Source of the DNA: Eledone cirrhosa
Lineage: Eukaryota
DNA length: 64,000 nt
Assembly (NCBI GenBank): GCA_964016885.1
Contig: OZ024745.1
Span: forward strand, 13,454,001 to 13,518,000
Direction: 5' to 3'
The notes beneath the pieces are model-generated. The model did no database searches. It was not told the origin of the DNA and worked only from the letters and a program-made list of their open reading frames with translations. Made by a program: the position numbers and the translations under genes. Shown in pieces: positions 1-13,352 of this stretch (positions are counted from its first letter, which is position 1; every line of letters starts with the position of its first letter).

Positions 1-3000
1 TATATATGCAGGGGAGAGTGTATGTATGGGTATATGGGCAGGGGAGAGTGTATGTATGTGTATAGGTGCAGGGTAGAGTGTATGTATGTGTATAGGTGCA
101 GTGTAGAGTGTATGTATGTGTATAGGTGCAGGCGAGGGTGTATGTATGTGTATAGGTGCAGGGGAGAGTGTATGTATGTGTATAGGTGCAGGGGAGAGTG
201 TATGTATGTGTATAGATGCAGGGTAGAGTGTATGTATGTGTATAGGTGCAGGGGATAGTGTATGTATGTGTATAGGTGCAGGGTAGAGTGTATGTATGTG
301 TATAGGTGCAGAGTAGAGTGTATGTATGTGTATATGTGCAGGGGAGAGTGTATGTATGTGTATATGTGCAGGGGAGAGTGTATGTATGTGTATAGGTGCA
401 GGGGAGAGTGTATGTATGTGTATAGGTGCAGGGGAGAGTGTATGTATGTGTATAGGTGCAGGGTAGAGTGTATGTATGTGTATATGTGCAGGGTAGTGTG
501 TATGTATGTGTATAGATGCAGGGGAGAGTGTATGTATGTGTATAGCTGCAGGGTAGAGTGTATGTATGTGTATAGGTGCAGGGGAGAGTGTATGTATGTG
601 TATAGCTGCAGGGTAGAGTGTATGTATGTGTATATGTGCAGGGTAGTGTGTATGTATGTGTATAGATGCAGGGGAGAGTGTATGTATGTGTATAGGTGCA
701 GGGGAGAGTGTATGTATGTATATAGGTGCAGGGGAGAGTGTATGTATGTGTATAGCTGCAGGGTAGAGTGTATGTATGTGTATAGGTGCAGGGGAGAGTG
801 TATGTATGTATATAGGTGCAGGGGAGAGTGTATGTATGTGTATAGCTGCAGGGTAGAGTGTATGTATGTGTATAGCTGCAGGGTAGAGTGTATGTATGTG
901 TATATGTGCAGGGTAGTGTGTATGTATGTGTATAGATGCAGGGGAGAGTGTATGTATGTGTATAGGTGCAGGGGAGAGTGTATGTATGTATATAGGTGCA
1001 GGGGAGAGTGTATGTATGTGTATAGCTGCAGGGTAGAGTGTATGTATGTGTATATGTGCAGGGTAGTGTGTATGTATGTGTATAGATGCAGGGGAGAGTG
1101 TATGTAAGTGTATAGGTGCAGGGTAGAGTGTATGTATGTGTATAGGTGCAGGGTAGAGTGTATGTATGTGTATATGTGCAGGGGTGAGTGTATGTATGTG
1201 TATAGGTGCAGAGGAGAGTGTATGTATGTGTATAGGTGCAGGGTAGAGTGTATGTAAGTGTATAGGTGCAGGGTAGAGTGTATGTATGTGTATAGGTGCA
1301 GGAGAGAGTGTATGTATGTGTATAGGTGCAGGGGAGAGTGTATGTATGTGTATATGTGCAGGGGAGAGTGTATGTATGTGTATATGTGCAGGGGAGAGTG
1401 TATGTATGTGTATATGTGCAGGGGAGAGTGTATGTATGTGTATAGGTGCAGGGTAGAGTGTATGTATATGTATAGGTGCAGGGTAGAGTGTATGTAAGTG
1501 TATAGGTGCAGGGTAGAGTGTATGTATGTGTATAGGTGCAGGGGAGAGTGTATGTAAGTGTATAGGTGCAGGGTAGAGTGTATGTATGTGTATAGGTGCA
1601 GGGGAGAGTGTATGTATGTGTATAGGTGCAGGGTAGAGTGTATGTATGTGTATAGGTGCAGGGGAGAGTGTATGTATGTGTATAGGTGCAGGGTAGAGTG
1701 TATGTAAGTGTATAGGTGCAGGGTAGAGTGTATGTATGTGTATAGGTGCAGGGGAGAGTGTATGTAAGTGTATAGGTGCAGGGTAGAGTGTATGTATGTG
1801 TATAGGTGCAGGGGAGAGTGTATGTATGTGTATAGGTGCAGGGTAGAGTGTATGTAAGTGTATAGGTGCAGGGTAGAGTGTATGTATGTGTATAGGTGCA
1901 GGGGAGAGTGTATGTATGTGTATAGGTGCAGGGTAGAGTGTATGTAAGTGTATAGGTGCAGGGTAGAGTGTATGTATGTGTATAGGTGCAGGGGAGAGTG
2001 TATGTATGTGTATAGGTGCAGGGTAGAGTGTATGTATGTGTATATGTGCAGGGTAGAGTGTATGTATGTGTATAGGTGCAGGGGAGAGTGTATGTATGTG
2101 TATATGTACAGGGGAGAGAGTATGTATGTGTATATGTGCAGGGGAGAGTGTATGTATGTGTATAGCTGCAGGGTAGAGTGTATGTATGTGTATATGTGCA
2201 GGGGAGAGTGTATGTATGTGTATATGTGCAGGGGAGAGTGTATGTATGTGTATAGGTGCAGGGTAGAGTGTATGTATGTGTATAGGTGCAGGGTAGAGTG
2301 TATGTAAGTGTATAGGTGCAGGGTAGAGTGTATATATGTGTATATGTGCAGGGGAGAGTGTATGTATGTGTATATGTGCAGGGTAGAGTGTATGTATGTG
2401 TATAGGTGCAGGGGAGAGTGTATGTATGTGTATATGTGCAGGGTAGTGTGTATGTAAGTGTATATGTGCAGGGGAGAGTGTATGTATGTGTATAGGTGCA
2501 GGGGAGAGTGTATGTATGTGTATATGTGCAGGGGAGAGTGTATGTATGTGTATAGGTGCAGGGTAGAGTGTATGTATGTGTATAGGTGCAGGGGAGAGTG
2601 TATGTATGTGTATAGGTGCAGGGGAGAGTGTATGTATGTGTATATGTGCAGGGGAGAGTGTATGTATGTGTATAGGTGCAGGGTAGAGTGTATGTATGTG
2701 TATAGGTGCAGGGTAGAGTGTATGTATGTGTATATGTTCAGGGGAGAGTGTATGTATGTGTATAGGTGCAGGGGAGAGTGTATGTATGTGTATATGTGCA
2801 GGGGAGAGTTTATGTATGTGTATAGGTGCAGGGTAGAGTGTATGTATGTGTATAGGTGCAGGGGAGAGTGTATGTATGGGTATATGGGCAGGGGAGAGTG
2901 TATGTATGTGTATAGGTGCAGGGTAGAGTGTATGTATGTGTATAGGTGCAGTGTAGAGTGTATGTATGTGTATAGGTGCAGGCGAGGGTGTATGTATGTG

Positions 3001-4745
3001 TATAGGTGCAGGGGAGAGTGTATGTATGTGTATAGGTGCAGGGGAGAGTGTATGTATGTGTATAGATGCAGGGTAGAGTGTATGTATGTGTATAGGTGCA
3101 GGGGAGAGTGTATGTATGTGTATATGTGCAGGGGAGAGTGTATGTATGTGTATATGTGCAGGGGAGAGTGTATGTATGTGTATAGGTGCAGGGGAGAGTG
3201 TATGTATGTATATAGCTGCAGGGTAGAGTGTATGTATGTGTATAGATGCAGGGGAGAGTGTATGTATGTGTATAGATGCAGGGGAGAGTGTATGTATGTG
3301 TATAGGTGCAGGGTAGAGTGTATGTAAGTGTATATGTGCAGGGTAGAGTGTATGTATGTGTATATGTGCAGGGGAGAGTGTATGTATGTGTATAGGTGCA
3401 GGGTAGAGTGTATGTATGTGTATAGGTGCAGGGGAGAGTGTATGTATGTGTATAGGTGCAGGGTAGAGTGTATGTATGTGTATATGTGCAGGGGAGAGTG
3501 TATGTATGTGTAAATATGCAGGGTAGAGTGTATGTATGTGTATATGTGCAGGGGAGAGTGTATGTATGTGTAAATATGCAGGGGAGAGTGTATGTATGTG
3601 TATAGGTGCAGGGTAGAGTGTATGTAAGTGTATAGGTGCAGGGGAGAGTGTATGTATGTGTATAGGTGCAGGGTAGAGTGTATGTATGTGTATAGGTGCA
3701 GGGGAGAGTGTATGTATGTGTATAGGTGCAGGGTAGAGTGTATGTATGTGTATATGTGCAGGGGAGAGTGTATGTATGTGTATATGTGCAGGGGAGAGTG
3801 TATGTATGTGTATAGGTGCAGGGTAGAGTGTATGTATGTGTATAGGTGCAGGGTAGAGTGTATGTATGTGTATATGTGCAGGGGAGAGTGTATGTATGTG
3901 TATATGTGCAGGGGAGAGTGTATGTATGTGTATAGGTGCAGGGGAGAGTGTATGTATGTGTATATGTGCAGGGGAGAGTGTATGTATGTGTATAGGTGCA
4001 GGGTAGAGTGTATGTATGTGTATAGGTGCAGGGGAGAGTGTATGTATGTGTATAGGTGCAGGGTAGAGTGTATGTATGTGTATAGGTGCAGGGGAGAGTG
4101 TATGTATGTGTATAGGTGCAGGGTAGAGTGTATGTATGTGTATAGGTGCAGGGGAGAGTGTATGTATGTGTATATGTGCAGGGTAGAGTGTATGTATGTG
4201 TATAGGTGCAGGGTAGAGTGTATGTATGTGTATAGATGCAGGGGAGAGTGTATGTATGTGTATAGGTGCAGGGTAGAGTGTATGTATGTGTATGGGTGTA
4301 GGGTAGAGTGTATGTATGTGTATATGTGCAGGGGAGAGTGTATGTATGTGTATAGGTGCAGGGGAGAGTATATGTATGTGTATAGGTGCAGGGGAGAGTG
4401 TATGTATGTGTATAGGTGCAGGGGAGAGTGTATGTATGTGTATATGTGCAGGGGAGAGTGTATGTATGTGTATATGTGCAGGGTAGAGTGTATGTATGTG
4501 TATAGGTGCAGGGTAGAGTGTATGTATGTGTATATGTGTAGGGTAGAGTGTATGTATGTGTATAGGTGCAGGGTAGAGTGTATGTAAGTGTATAGGTGCA
4601 GGGTAGAGTGTATGTATGTGTATAGGTGCAGGGTAGAGTCTATGTATGTGTATAGGTGCAGGGGAGAGTGTATGTAAGTGTATATGTGCAGGGGAGAGTG
4701 TATGTATGTGTATACGTGCAGGGGAGAGTGTATGTAAGTGTATAT
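1..4745. repeat. 30-bp tandem satellite, consensus TATAGGTGCAGGG(G/T)AGAGTGTATGTATGTG; continues past window start
   Basis: Exact 30-bp periodicity with point variants and no indels over about 158 units. Confidence 0.98.
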
Positions 4746-5258
4746 GTATTTCATGTATTTGTATCAATTCTAAACACAATTAATTGCCAGCAAATTTCTC
4801 TAGTTTCAAATAAATTAAAAAAAAATCCTGGTATAGGTAATTAAGAGGTGTAGAACACGTGATTGTTAAATTGGAGATCCGTGAATAATTAAGAGAAAAT
4901 AAGAGGAAACATCTGAGTTATTTAGTCGAACCAAGATCATTACTTTTCTAATAACATGTCTCATTTTGCAGGTCATTTCATATATTTTCTCAATTAGAAT
5001 TTTATCGATTCTTTTATATTGTTTACTTTCTACCTCATGTCTGCCTGTCAGTATGTCTGTCTGTCTATCTGTCTGTCTGTCTTTGATAGTAGACGTCTTT
5101 CATATCGGCTCTTCGATTTGGAATTTTTACCTGGAATATTTGTGAGTGCATTATTTAAATTGTTTTTTTATTATTGACTCTAACCCCTAGTCTGGGACTG
5201 TAGACGTAGGGTAAATATATTTTCACCCCTTTTGGGGTGAAAAATATTTAATTAAAAA

Positions 5259-6600
5259 ATGTTTATCGATATCGTTGAAAACGATATCTCCGTATTGGAA
5301 GCTAACGCCACGCCTACCAAAAAAATAAGCGAGAAAGAGGGAACAACAGTTCAAACTGTTGAACAGCCCCTCCTCTCCAATGAAAAAAAAAAGAATATTA
5401 ATTCGAATGAAAACCTAAATTTTGAAGAAAAAAATAACACCACAAATAATGAAACCAACAACATTACAACAACAAGCAACAAAGACAACAAAATTTCTTT
5501 TGCCCAAACGGTCAGGAAAGCTATCGAATACAAGCCCATAGATATTACTAACGCTAAGCAAAACTTGCTAGATGCCAGAAAATACGTATCTTTTGGGGAG
5601 GATGGTTCTTTACGATCAACTCTCCAGAAGAAGTTCGCCAACAGGTATATAGGAATACCATAACCTTCAGAACGATATCCAACACAACTAGAAAGCCAGC
5701 TCAATTGACAGAAATCAAATTGAGCTGGTATTGAAAGACATTAAAGAAAACATACTTTTTATTGAAAGAGGAAAGCTGTATGCCAGCATTATGGTCCGAA
5801 TGAAGGACGAAATGCTGACGCAAAAATGCTCGGTGGCACCTATAGTGTCACCACAATACACCTTCTTCCCCACGTATAAAGGAAGAAGAACTCAGAGACT
5901 AAGAATGTGGAGTCCAACGCCAGAAGTTAACATCTGGTCCGTCTTGACAGGATTTACGGACCTAGAAAAGGACATCCTTATATCAGCAGGGGAGTCCACC
6001 AGTGGACTGTTCGGGGGGAAAAGTCTGGAGGTTCTCTTACAGATGACACCTGAGAGAATCGCCGGAATACCCGAGCGAGTCCTACTGGGTGGGTGAACCT
6101 TCATAAATATTACGGTGGAAGGCAGGAGACCCTCATGTTACCACTGTGCTGGCAGAGGTCACCTGAGGACGGCCTGCCCTCTACTAACAACAAAAAACAC
6201 CACAACAACAACAAAAACAACCAGCACCACCACCACAAAAACAACAAAATACACTACCATCACCACCACAACGACAACAAAAACCAACAACACCACCTCC
6301 ACCACCACCACAACAACAACAACAACATCAACAACAGCTCAAGAAAACAACCCAAAACACGGTCCCACCCAGCCCCTCCCCACAGAACACAAATACAAAA
6401 ACACACGCAGTTCATACACAACCCGGAGATATACCCCTCCCTTCCAATACGGAAGAGGAGCTCATATCGTCGGAAGATGAGGGGGCTCCCTTCCAAAAAG
6501 TGAAAAGAAAAAAACGTACACACACCACACAAACAAAAATAACCCCACCTGACAACACAACACAGACAACAAAACGCAAACTCACTCAAGAACAACAAGG
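5259..6600 (+). pseudogene. Tx1 element A ORF1 (gag-like, zinc knuckle), frameshifted
   Basis: ORFs 5259-5663, 5731-6096 and 6115-6480 align piecewise to ORF1 of element B (NKISFAQT, YTFFPTY, VEGRRPSCY). Confidence 0.85.
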
Positions 6601-9600
6601 AGGTGGGGTGGGGTTGTCGTTCTGCTGCAAAAACATCTGGGTCTCGCTACACAGACGGTACACTTGGACCCGGAGGGTCGACTCGTGGTTCTGGACCTTG
6701 GCAATGGTGAAGGCGAAGCTTTTATGCTTGTCGCCGTATACACCCCTTTTGGGGCAATGCGGTCGGACTTCTTCCATCGTCTGGAGACTTTTCTAGGGAC
6801 GTCCCGCTCCTTGCTTTTAGTGGGGGACTGGAATGGTATCCTAGATGCACGTTGGGACTATGTAGGGGCATGTCCCGATAGAGGGGGGTGTAACAGCCTT
6901 AAGGGGTTAATCGGCCGATTTGACCTGGCCGATAGATACCGACTAGATTTTCCGACTGTGCCAACCTGGACTTGGTCAAATAACAGTGGTCAATCTAGAT
7001 CGTACCTAGATAGGTTCTTAGTTAGAATTAAGGATAGGGACTTTTTAAGTTGTCCAGAAATGCTCATGGTGGGCTATTCAGACCACAAGTTAGTGACCTG
7101 CGTAGCCCACCTTGATAGAACGCATAGGCAGGGGCCCGGTTACTGGAAGCTCAACTTGTCCTTACCGGCAAGTAGAGCTTACAGGGACCGGATTAGAACC
7201 TTACTTAAGGAGCGGTTGACGGGCGCCATCGTCAACAGCAGGTGGTGGGGCTCTCTAAAAAGAGAGATTAGAGTAGTTTCAATAGGAGTTAGTAAGGAGT
7301 TAGCCTCAGATAGAAATAGGAAGGAAAGGGAGTTGGTAGTTAATGTTGAAGAGGCAATGAGAAGCGGCAACGTGGCCAGAGTGCAAGCGTCGAGAACGGT
7401 CTTGAAAGTTCTTCGACGCGAAACACGAAGGCTGCGTTGTCCGAAGCAAAATACGTGCTCTGGGAAACGAGGGGACCAAAGCTGTTAGCTGGGCCCGCGT
7501 GACAGAAGCGAAAAGTGGGATTAAATCCACTATCCGGTCTTTGCGAGACCAGGATGGACGGTTGATCCTTGAACCTAAGCAAATGTGCGAGGCCTTTCAA
7601 AGGCACTTTGACCGATTGTTCGGGAGGGGCGGGGGGCCGGTTGGGGATGTGGATTTCGGTCCATACCTCGACGGCCTGCCGCGTCTTTCGGACAAGGAGG
7701 CGAAGTCCTGCGACGGGCCGATCTCAGCTGTTGAAATAGGGGACGTGCTGAGCCTATGCGGCAAACGCAAATCTCCAGGGCTCGATGGTCTGCCCTACGA
7801 ACTATATATTAATATGCCGGACTTGTTCCCCGATCTCCTCGAGGCGGTCTACTGCAACTGGCAACAGAACGGGAGAATTTCCTGTTCTGTGACCAAGGGC
7901 GTAGTCTCGCTAGTGAGGAAGGACAAGAACAAGGGGGATGACATTAGTAATTTTAGGCCCATAACTCTGCTAAATGCAGAGTTAAAAATTTTGGCCAAGG
8001 TGTTAGCGAAGAGGTTGGCGCTTGTCGTGGGGAGCCTGGTGGGAGATGCGCAGACATGCGCTATCCCGTCCAGGTCCATCCGCGACAACCTCCACCTCAT
8101 GCGATACATCATAGAGAGGGTTGGGAACGAACCCGGCTTTGGTGGGGCCCTGATAAATTTAGATCAGTCTAAAGCGTTCGATAGGGTGGACCATGGTTAC
8201 CTGGATGCGGTGCTAGCGGCGACTGGGTTCGGACTCGTTTTCAGGGGCTGGATCACTGCCATGCACAGCAGCCGCATCTGCTCTAGAGTTAAGGTGAACG
8301 GCTACCTTTCGGAGCCGTTCGAAATCACCCGCTCCATCCGACAGGGGTGCCCTCTCTCCTCCCTTCTGTGTGTATTGGCTCTCGAGCCACTACTGCGGAA
8401 GTTGGAGTTGTTGCAGGGCATCCCTTTGGAACCAGGATTGCGCAAAGCGGTGTCGGCCTATGCCGATGACGTAACAGTAATGGTGTCGACCACCTCGGAA
8501 ATCGAGGCAATCGGCACCTTACTGGAGGAGTACGAAAGGTTGACAGGGGCTAAGCTGAACGGGACAAGTCAGTCGCTTTGCAACTCGGCGAGTGGAGGGG
8601 CAAAGCGATGTCGTCCGACGGTATCGTCGGACGGTGGACGGAGGGCCCGGTGAAGTTGCTTGGGTTTGGTTCGGACCGGACCTCCAGGTGGAGAAAAACT
8701 GGGGTGAGGTGACGAATAGGGTGTTTGCACTGACCCAGAAGTGGGCCGAGTGCAAACTATCCCTGAAAGGTCGGGCGGAGGTGGCGAACGCTTACATAGC
8801 GTCCGTCATCTATTACCGCTTGACTGTCGTGCCTTGCCCGGGTGAGATCCTCACCAAAATGGAGCGCGCCCTCTTTTATTTCCTTTGGAAGAAGAGGTCC
8901 CCTCTGGTGAGGAGTTCCATCTGCTGTCAACACCCTTTGAAAGGAGGGCTGGGATGCCGTGGCTAAAAATGCGTAAACACGCATTGAGGCTAAGGCACCT
9001 CCAGGTATTCCTCACCGGTCAACCGGTGTGGGCCCCGTTTGTGAGGCGAGCCTTCCCGAGGCTCGTCTCGCTCACCGAGCTGCAGTCCTGGGTGAAGCAA
9101 AGACCGAGAAAACTGGGCAACTGGCACACCGAGCGTGCCCAGGCGCTCACGGCTCTCTGGCAGGCGGACCCGGCTATCGATGGTGACTCCACCTCGTCAT
9201 TCTATAGAGGGCTGGTAGTTAGCAGGTGCGACGACGCCCTCGGAGAAACCCTAGGCATGGAGGAGGACGAACTGGCCAGTCTATTCGGTAGAACTTTCGG
9301 CCCGGGACCTATGGACAACTTCCATAAGTCCTTGGCCTGGCAGTGCTACCGAGGGGCTCTGCCCGTTCGGGATAAGCTCTACAGACACGGGCGCGCGGGT
9401 AGGGACCCATCGAAAAAGATCTGTTCCAGATGCGTGCGCGACGAGAAAACCGTTGCGCACGCATTGGTGCACTTCCCGGGCGTTTCCGATCTGTGGGGCT
9501 ATGTCGAACAACTGCTGTCACGGGTGGGACCAATTAGGTTGACCACCGAGTCCATTGTAACGATCAAGCCGCCTCCTCCCTTCAAAAATGAAGGAGAGGC

Positions 9601-9838
9601 GGTCTTCCTCTGTGTAATAGCCATGGTAAAAGAGGTTATATGGTGGACGCGTCTGAAAGGGCTGAGGTGGGACACCTTTCTTTCCGGCCAACAACTGGTC
9701 CTTTTCTTCCGATACCATTTCGGAAGAAGGATCAGGATGGAGAGAGAGGTGCTCCACTCCAGCCAGTTTTATGAAAGGTGGGTGAAAGTTGCGAGGATGG
9801 CCCGTGTAAATGGGCCTTCTCTCTACCTCAGCCTGTAG
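6601..9838 (+). pseudogene. Tx1 element A ORF2 (APE-RT-Cys domain), N-terminally deleted and frameshifted
   Basis: Pieces 6664-7488, 7499-8653, 8592-8966 and 8885-9838 are collinear with the intact ORF2 at 37811-41230. Confidence 0.92.
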
Positions 9839-10086
9839 GTGGAACAGGAAGAAGGGAGCACCCTCTCTTTGTGCTCCCGTGGAGAAGGGTCACACACTTT
9901 TTTTCGGGGGTGTGTGTGACCCCAAAACGATCCCTCCCTATTGAGGACGTTCTTGTTACTATTTTGTTTGTTATATTTTTCTTACTCGATTTTTATGTAA
10001 ACTCCCCCCACCCATGTACATGTCCCTTTCTTTTGTGCCCTAGTGGCAAATAAACAGAAATTTGTCTGTCTTTCTTTCCTCCCGCC

Positions 10087-10088
<2 letters not shown>

Positions 10089-10157
<69 letters not shown>
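10089..10157. repeat. (CT)n microsatellite between tail-to-tail LINEs
   Basis: Pure CT run. Confidence 0.97.
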
Positions 10158-10161
<4 letters not shown>

Positions 10162-13100
10162 GAAGGGGGGAGGCGGCTTGATCATTACAATAGACTCGGT
10201 GGTCAACCGGATCGGTCCCACCCTTGACAGCAGTTGTTCGACATAGCCCCACAGATCAGCTACGCCCGAGCAGTGTACCAATGCGTGTGCAACGGTTTCC
10301 TCGTCGCACACGCATCTGGGACAGATCTTTTTGGCGGGGTCCCTACCCGGGCGCCCGTGTCTGCAGAGCCTTTCTCGAACGGGTAAAGCCCCTCGGTAGC
10401 ACTGCCAGGCCAGGGACTTCTGGAAGTTGTCCATAGGTCCCGGGCTGAATGTCCTACCGAACAGGCTGGCCAGTTCGTCCTCCTCCATGTCTAGGGCTTC
10501 TCCGAGGGCGTCGTCGCACCTGCTGCGTACCAGCCCTCTATAGAATGTTGCGGTGGAGTCTCCACTGATAACCGGATCCGCCTGCCAGAGGGCGGTGAGC
10601 GCCTGGCCACACTCAGTGTGCCAGGTGCCCAGTTTTCTCGGTCTTTGCTTGACCCAGGATTGCAGCTCGGTGAGTGAGACGAGTCTGGGAAAGGTTCGTC
10701 TCACAAACGAGGCCCACACCGGTTGTCCGGTGAGGAATACGTAGAGGTGCCGTAGCCTTAATGCGTGTTTACGCATCATTAGCCACGGCATCCCCAGCCC
10801 TCCTTTCGAAGGGGGTTGACAGCAGATGGATCTCCTCACCATGGGAGCCCGCCTCTTCCAAAGGAATTGGAAGAGCGCGCGCTCCATCTTGGTGAGGGTT
10901 TCCCTTGGGCAGGGCACTACGGTCAGGCGGTAGTAGATGACGGACGCTATATAAGTGTTCGCCACCTCCGCCCGACCTTTCAGGGATAGTTTGCAACTGG
11001 CCCACTTCTGGGTCAGTGCAAACACCCTGTTCGTAACCTCCGCCCAGTTTTTCTCCACCTGGAGGTCCGGTCCGAACCAGACCCCGAGCAACTTCACCGG
11101 GCCCTCCGTCCAGCGTCCGACGACGCCATCGGAGGGCATCGGTCTGCCCCTCCACATGCCGAGTTGCAAACCGATCGACTTGTCCCGGTTCAGCTTAGCC
11201 CCTGTGAACCTTTCGTACTCCTCCAGTAAGGTGCCGACCGCCTCGATTTCGGAGGCCGTCGACACCATTACTGTCACATCATCGGCGTAGGCTGACACCG
11301 CTTTCCGCAATCCCGGTTCCAAAGGGATGCCCTGCAACAACTCCAACTTCCGCAGTAGTGGCTCGAGAGTCAACACATACAGAAGGGAGGAGAGAGGGCA
11401 CCCTTGTCGGATGGACCGCGCGATTTTGAACGGCTCCGAGAGGTAGCCGTTCACCTTGACCCTAGAGCAGATGCGGCTGCTGTGCATAGCAGTGATCCAG
11501 CCCCTGAAAACGGGTCCGAAGCCTGCCGCCGCTAGCACCGCATCCAGGTAACCATGGTCGACCCTATCGAACGCCTTAGATTGATCCAAGTTGATCAGAG
11601 CCCCACCAAAGCCGGGTTCGTTCCCAACCCTCTCTATGATGTATCGCATGAGGTGGAGGTTGTCATGGATGGACCTGGACGGGATAGCGCATGTCTGCGC
11701 ATCTCCCACCAGGTTGCCCACGACAAGCGCCAACCTCTTTGCTAGCACCTTGGCCAAAATCTGTAACTCTGTATTTAGCAGAGTTATGGGCCTGAAGTTA
11801 CTTATTTCGTCCCCCTTGTTCTCGTCCTTCCTCACTAGCGTGACTACGCCCTTGGTCACAGTACAGGGAATTCTCCCGTTCTGTTGCCAGTTGCAGTAGA
11901 CCGCCTCGAGGAGATCGGGGAACAAGTCCGGCATAGCTAGATATAATTCGTAAGGAAGACCATCGAGACCCGGGGATTTGCGTTTGCCGCATTGGCTCAG
12001 CACGTCCTCTATCTCAGCGGCCGAAATCGGCTCCTCGCAGGACTTCGCCTCCCTGTCCGAGAGGCGCGGCAGGCCGTCGAGGTATGGACCGAAGTCCACG
12101 TTCCCAACCGGCTCCCCGCCCCTCCCGAACAGTCGGGCAAAGTGCCTTTGAAAGGCCTCACACATCTGCTTAGGCTCAAGAATCGCCCGTCCATCCAGGT
12201 CTCGCAAAGACCGGATGGTGGATTTAGTTCCACTGTTGGCCTCTGTCACGCGGGCCCAGCTAACAGCTTTGGCCCCCTCGTTCCCTAGAGCACGTATTTT
12301 ACTTCGGACAACGCAGCCTTCGTGCTTCGCGTCGAAAAACTGGCTCAAAGCCGTTCTCGACGCTAGCACTCTGGCCACGTCGCCGCTTCTAATTGCCTCT
12401 TCTACTTTATCTATTAGCTCCCTTTCCTTCCTATTCCTATCCGCAGCTAGAACCTTACTAAATTCAATCGAGACTACTCTAATCTCTCTCTTTAGAGATA
12501 CCCACCACCTGCTGTTGACGATCGCTCCAGTCAACCGTTCCTTAACTAACGTACTAATCCGATTCCTGTAGGCTCTACTTGCCGGCAAGGACAAGTTGAG
12601 CTTCCAGTAACCGGGGCCCTGTCTATGCGTTCTATCAAGGTTGACCATGCAGGTCACCAACTTGTGGTCTGAATAGCCAACCATGAGCATTTCTGGACAA
12701 CTTAAAAAGTCCCTGTCCTTATTTCTAACTAAAAATCTATCTAGGTACGATCTAGATGATCCGCTGCGATTTGACCAAGACCAGGTTGGCACCGTCGGAA
12801 AATCTAGTCGAAATCTATTGGCCAGGTCAAATCGGCCGAGTAACCCCTTGAGGCTGTTGCACCCCTCTCTATCGGGACATGCCCCTGCATAGTCCCAACG
12901 TGCATCCAGGATACCATTCCAATCCCCCACTAAAAGCAGGGAACGGGACGTCCCTAGAAAAGACTCCAGACGCTGGAAAAAGTCGGGCCGCTCTGTCCCA
13001 AAAGGGGCATATGCGGCTATCAGCCTAAAGGCACTACCTTCACCACTGCCAGTCGACCCCCTGGGTCCAAGTGAACTATCTGTGTTGCAAGGCCCATATG

Positions 13101-13328
13101 TTTTTGCAGCAGAACGACAACCCCACCCCCACCTCCGGGCTGACAGAGAGATGCGTGCATCTCAAAGTCGTCAAAGGTGGGGGCTAGCTGTCGCATACTG
13201 CTGATCCGGGCCTCGCAGATAACCATCACATTTATAGATTGTGACCTGAGGTCATTTAGAAGCATTGCTTGCTTCCAAGACGAGCCCAGGCCACGCGCAT
13301 TTAGACACCCTACTCTTAGCACAGCCAT
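10158..13328 (-). pseudogene. Tx1 element B ORF2 (APE + RT), one frameshift near 13040, C-terminus truncated
   Basis: ORFs 13020-13352 and 9982-12930; KSPGLDGLPYE, QGCPLS, YADD, CPRC..ETVAHALVHC. Confidence 0.92.
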
Positions 13329-13352
13329 GTTGGTGGTAAAGAGAAAAGGCAC

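Larger units (their letters stand above)
5085..10062 (+). mobile_element. L1/Tx1-clade non-LTR retrotransposon A, near full-length but defective
   Basis: ORF1 remnants with CCHC knuckle (CYHCAGRGHLRTAC); APE motifs (GDWNGILD, SYLDRF, SDHK); RT (RQGCPLS, YADD); AATAAA at 10049; candidate TSD TGTCTGTCTTT at 5074-5084 and 10063-10073. Confidence 0.93.

Noticed and set aside
22-4587. Long Cys-rich ORFs (MYVYRCRGEC)n
   Set aside because: Translation of a 30-bp satellite; stops appear as random unit variants.
1-4745. CRISPR-like 30-bp repeats
   Set aside because: No unique spacers, no cas genes, eukaryotic context.
4955-4985. Splice-acceptor-like TCATTTTGCAG|G
   Set aside because: No convincing exon frame or partner exon found.
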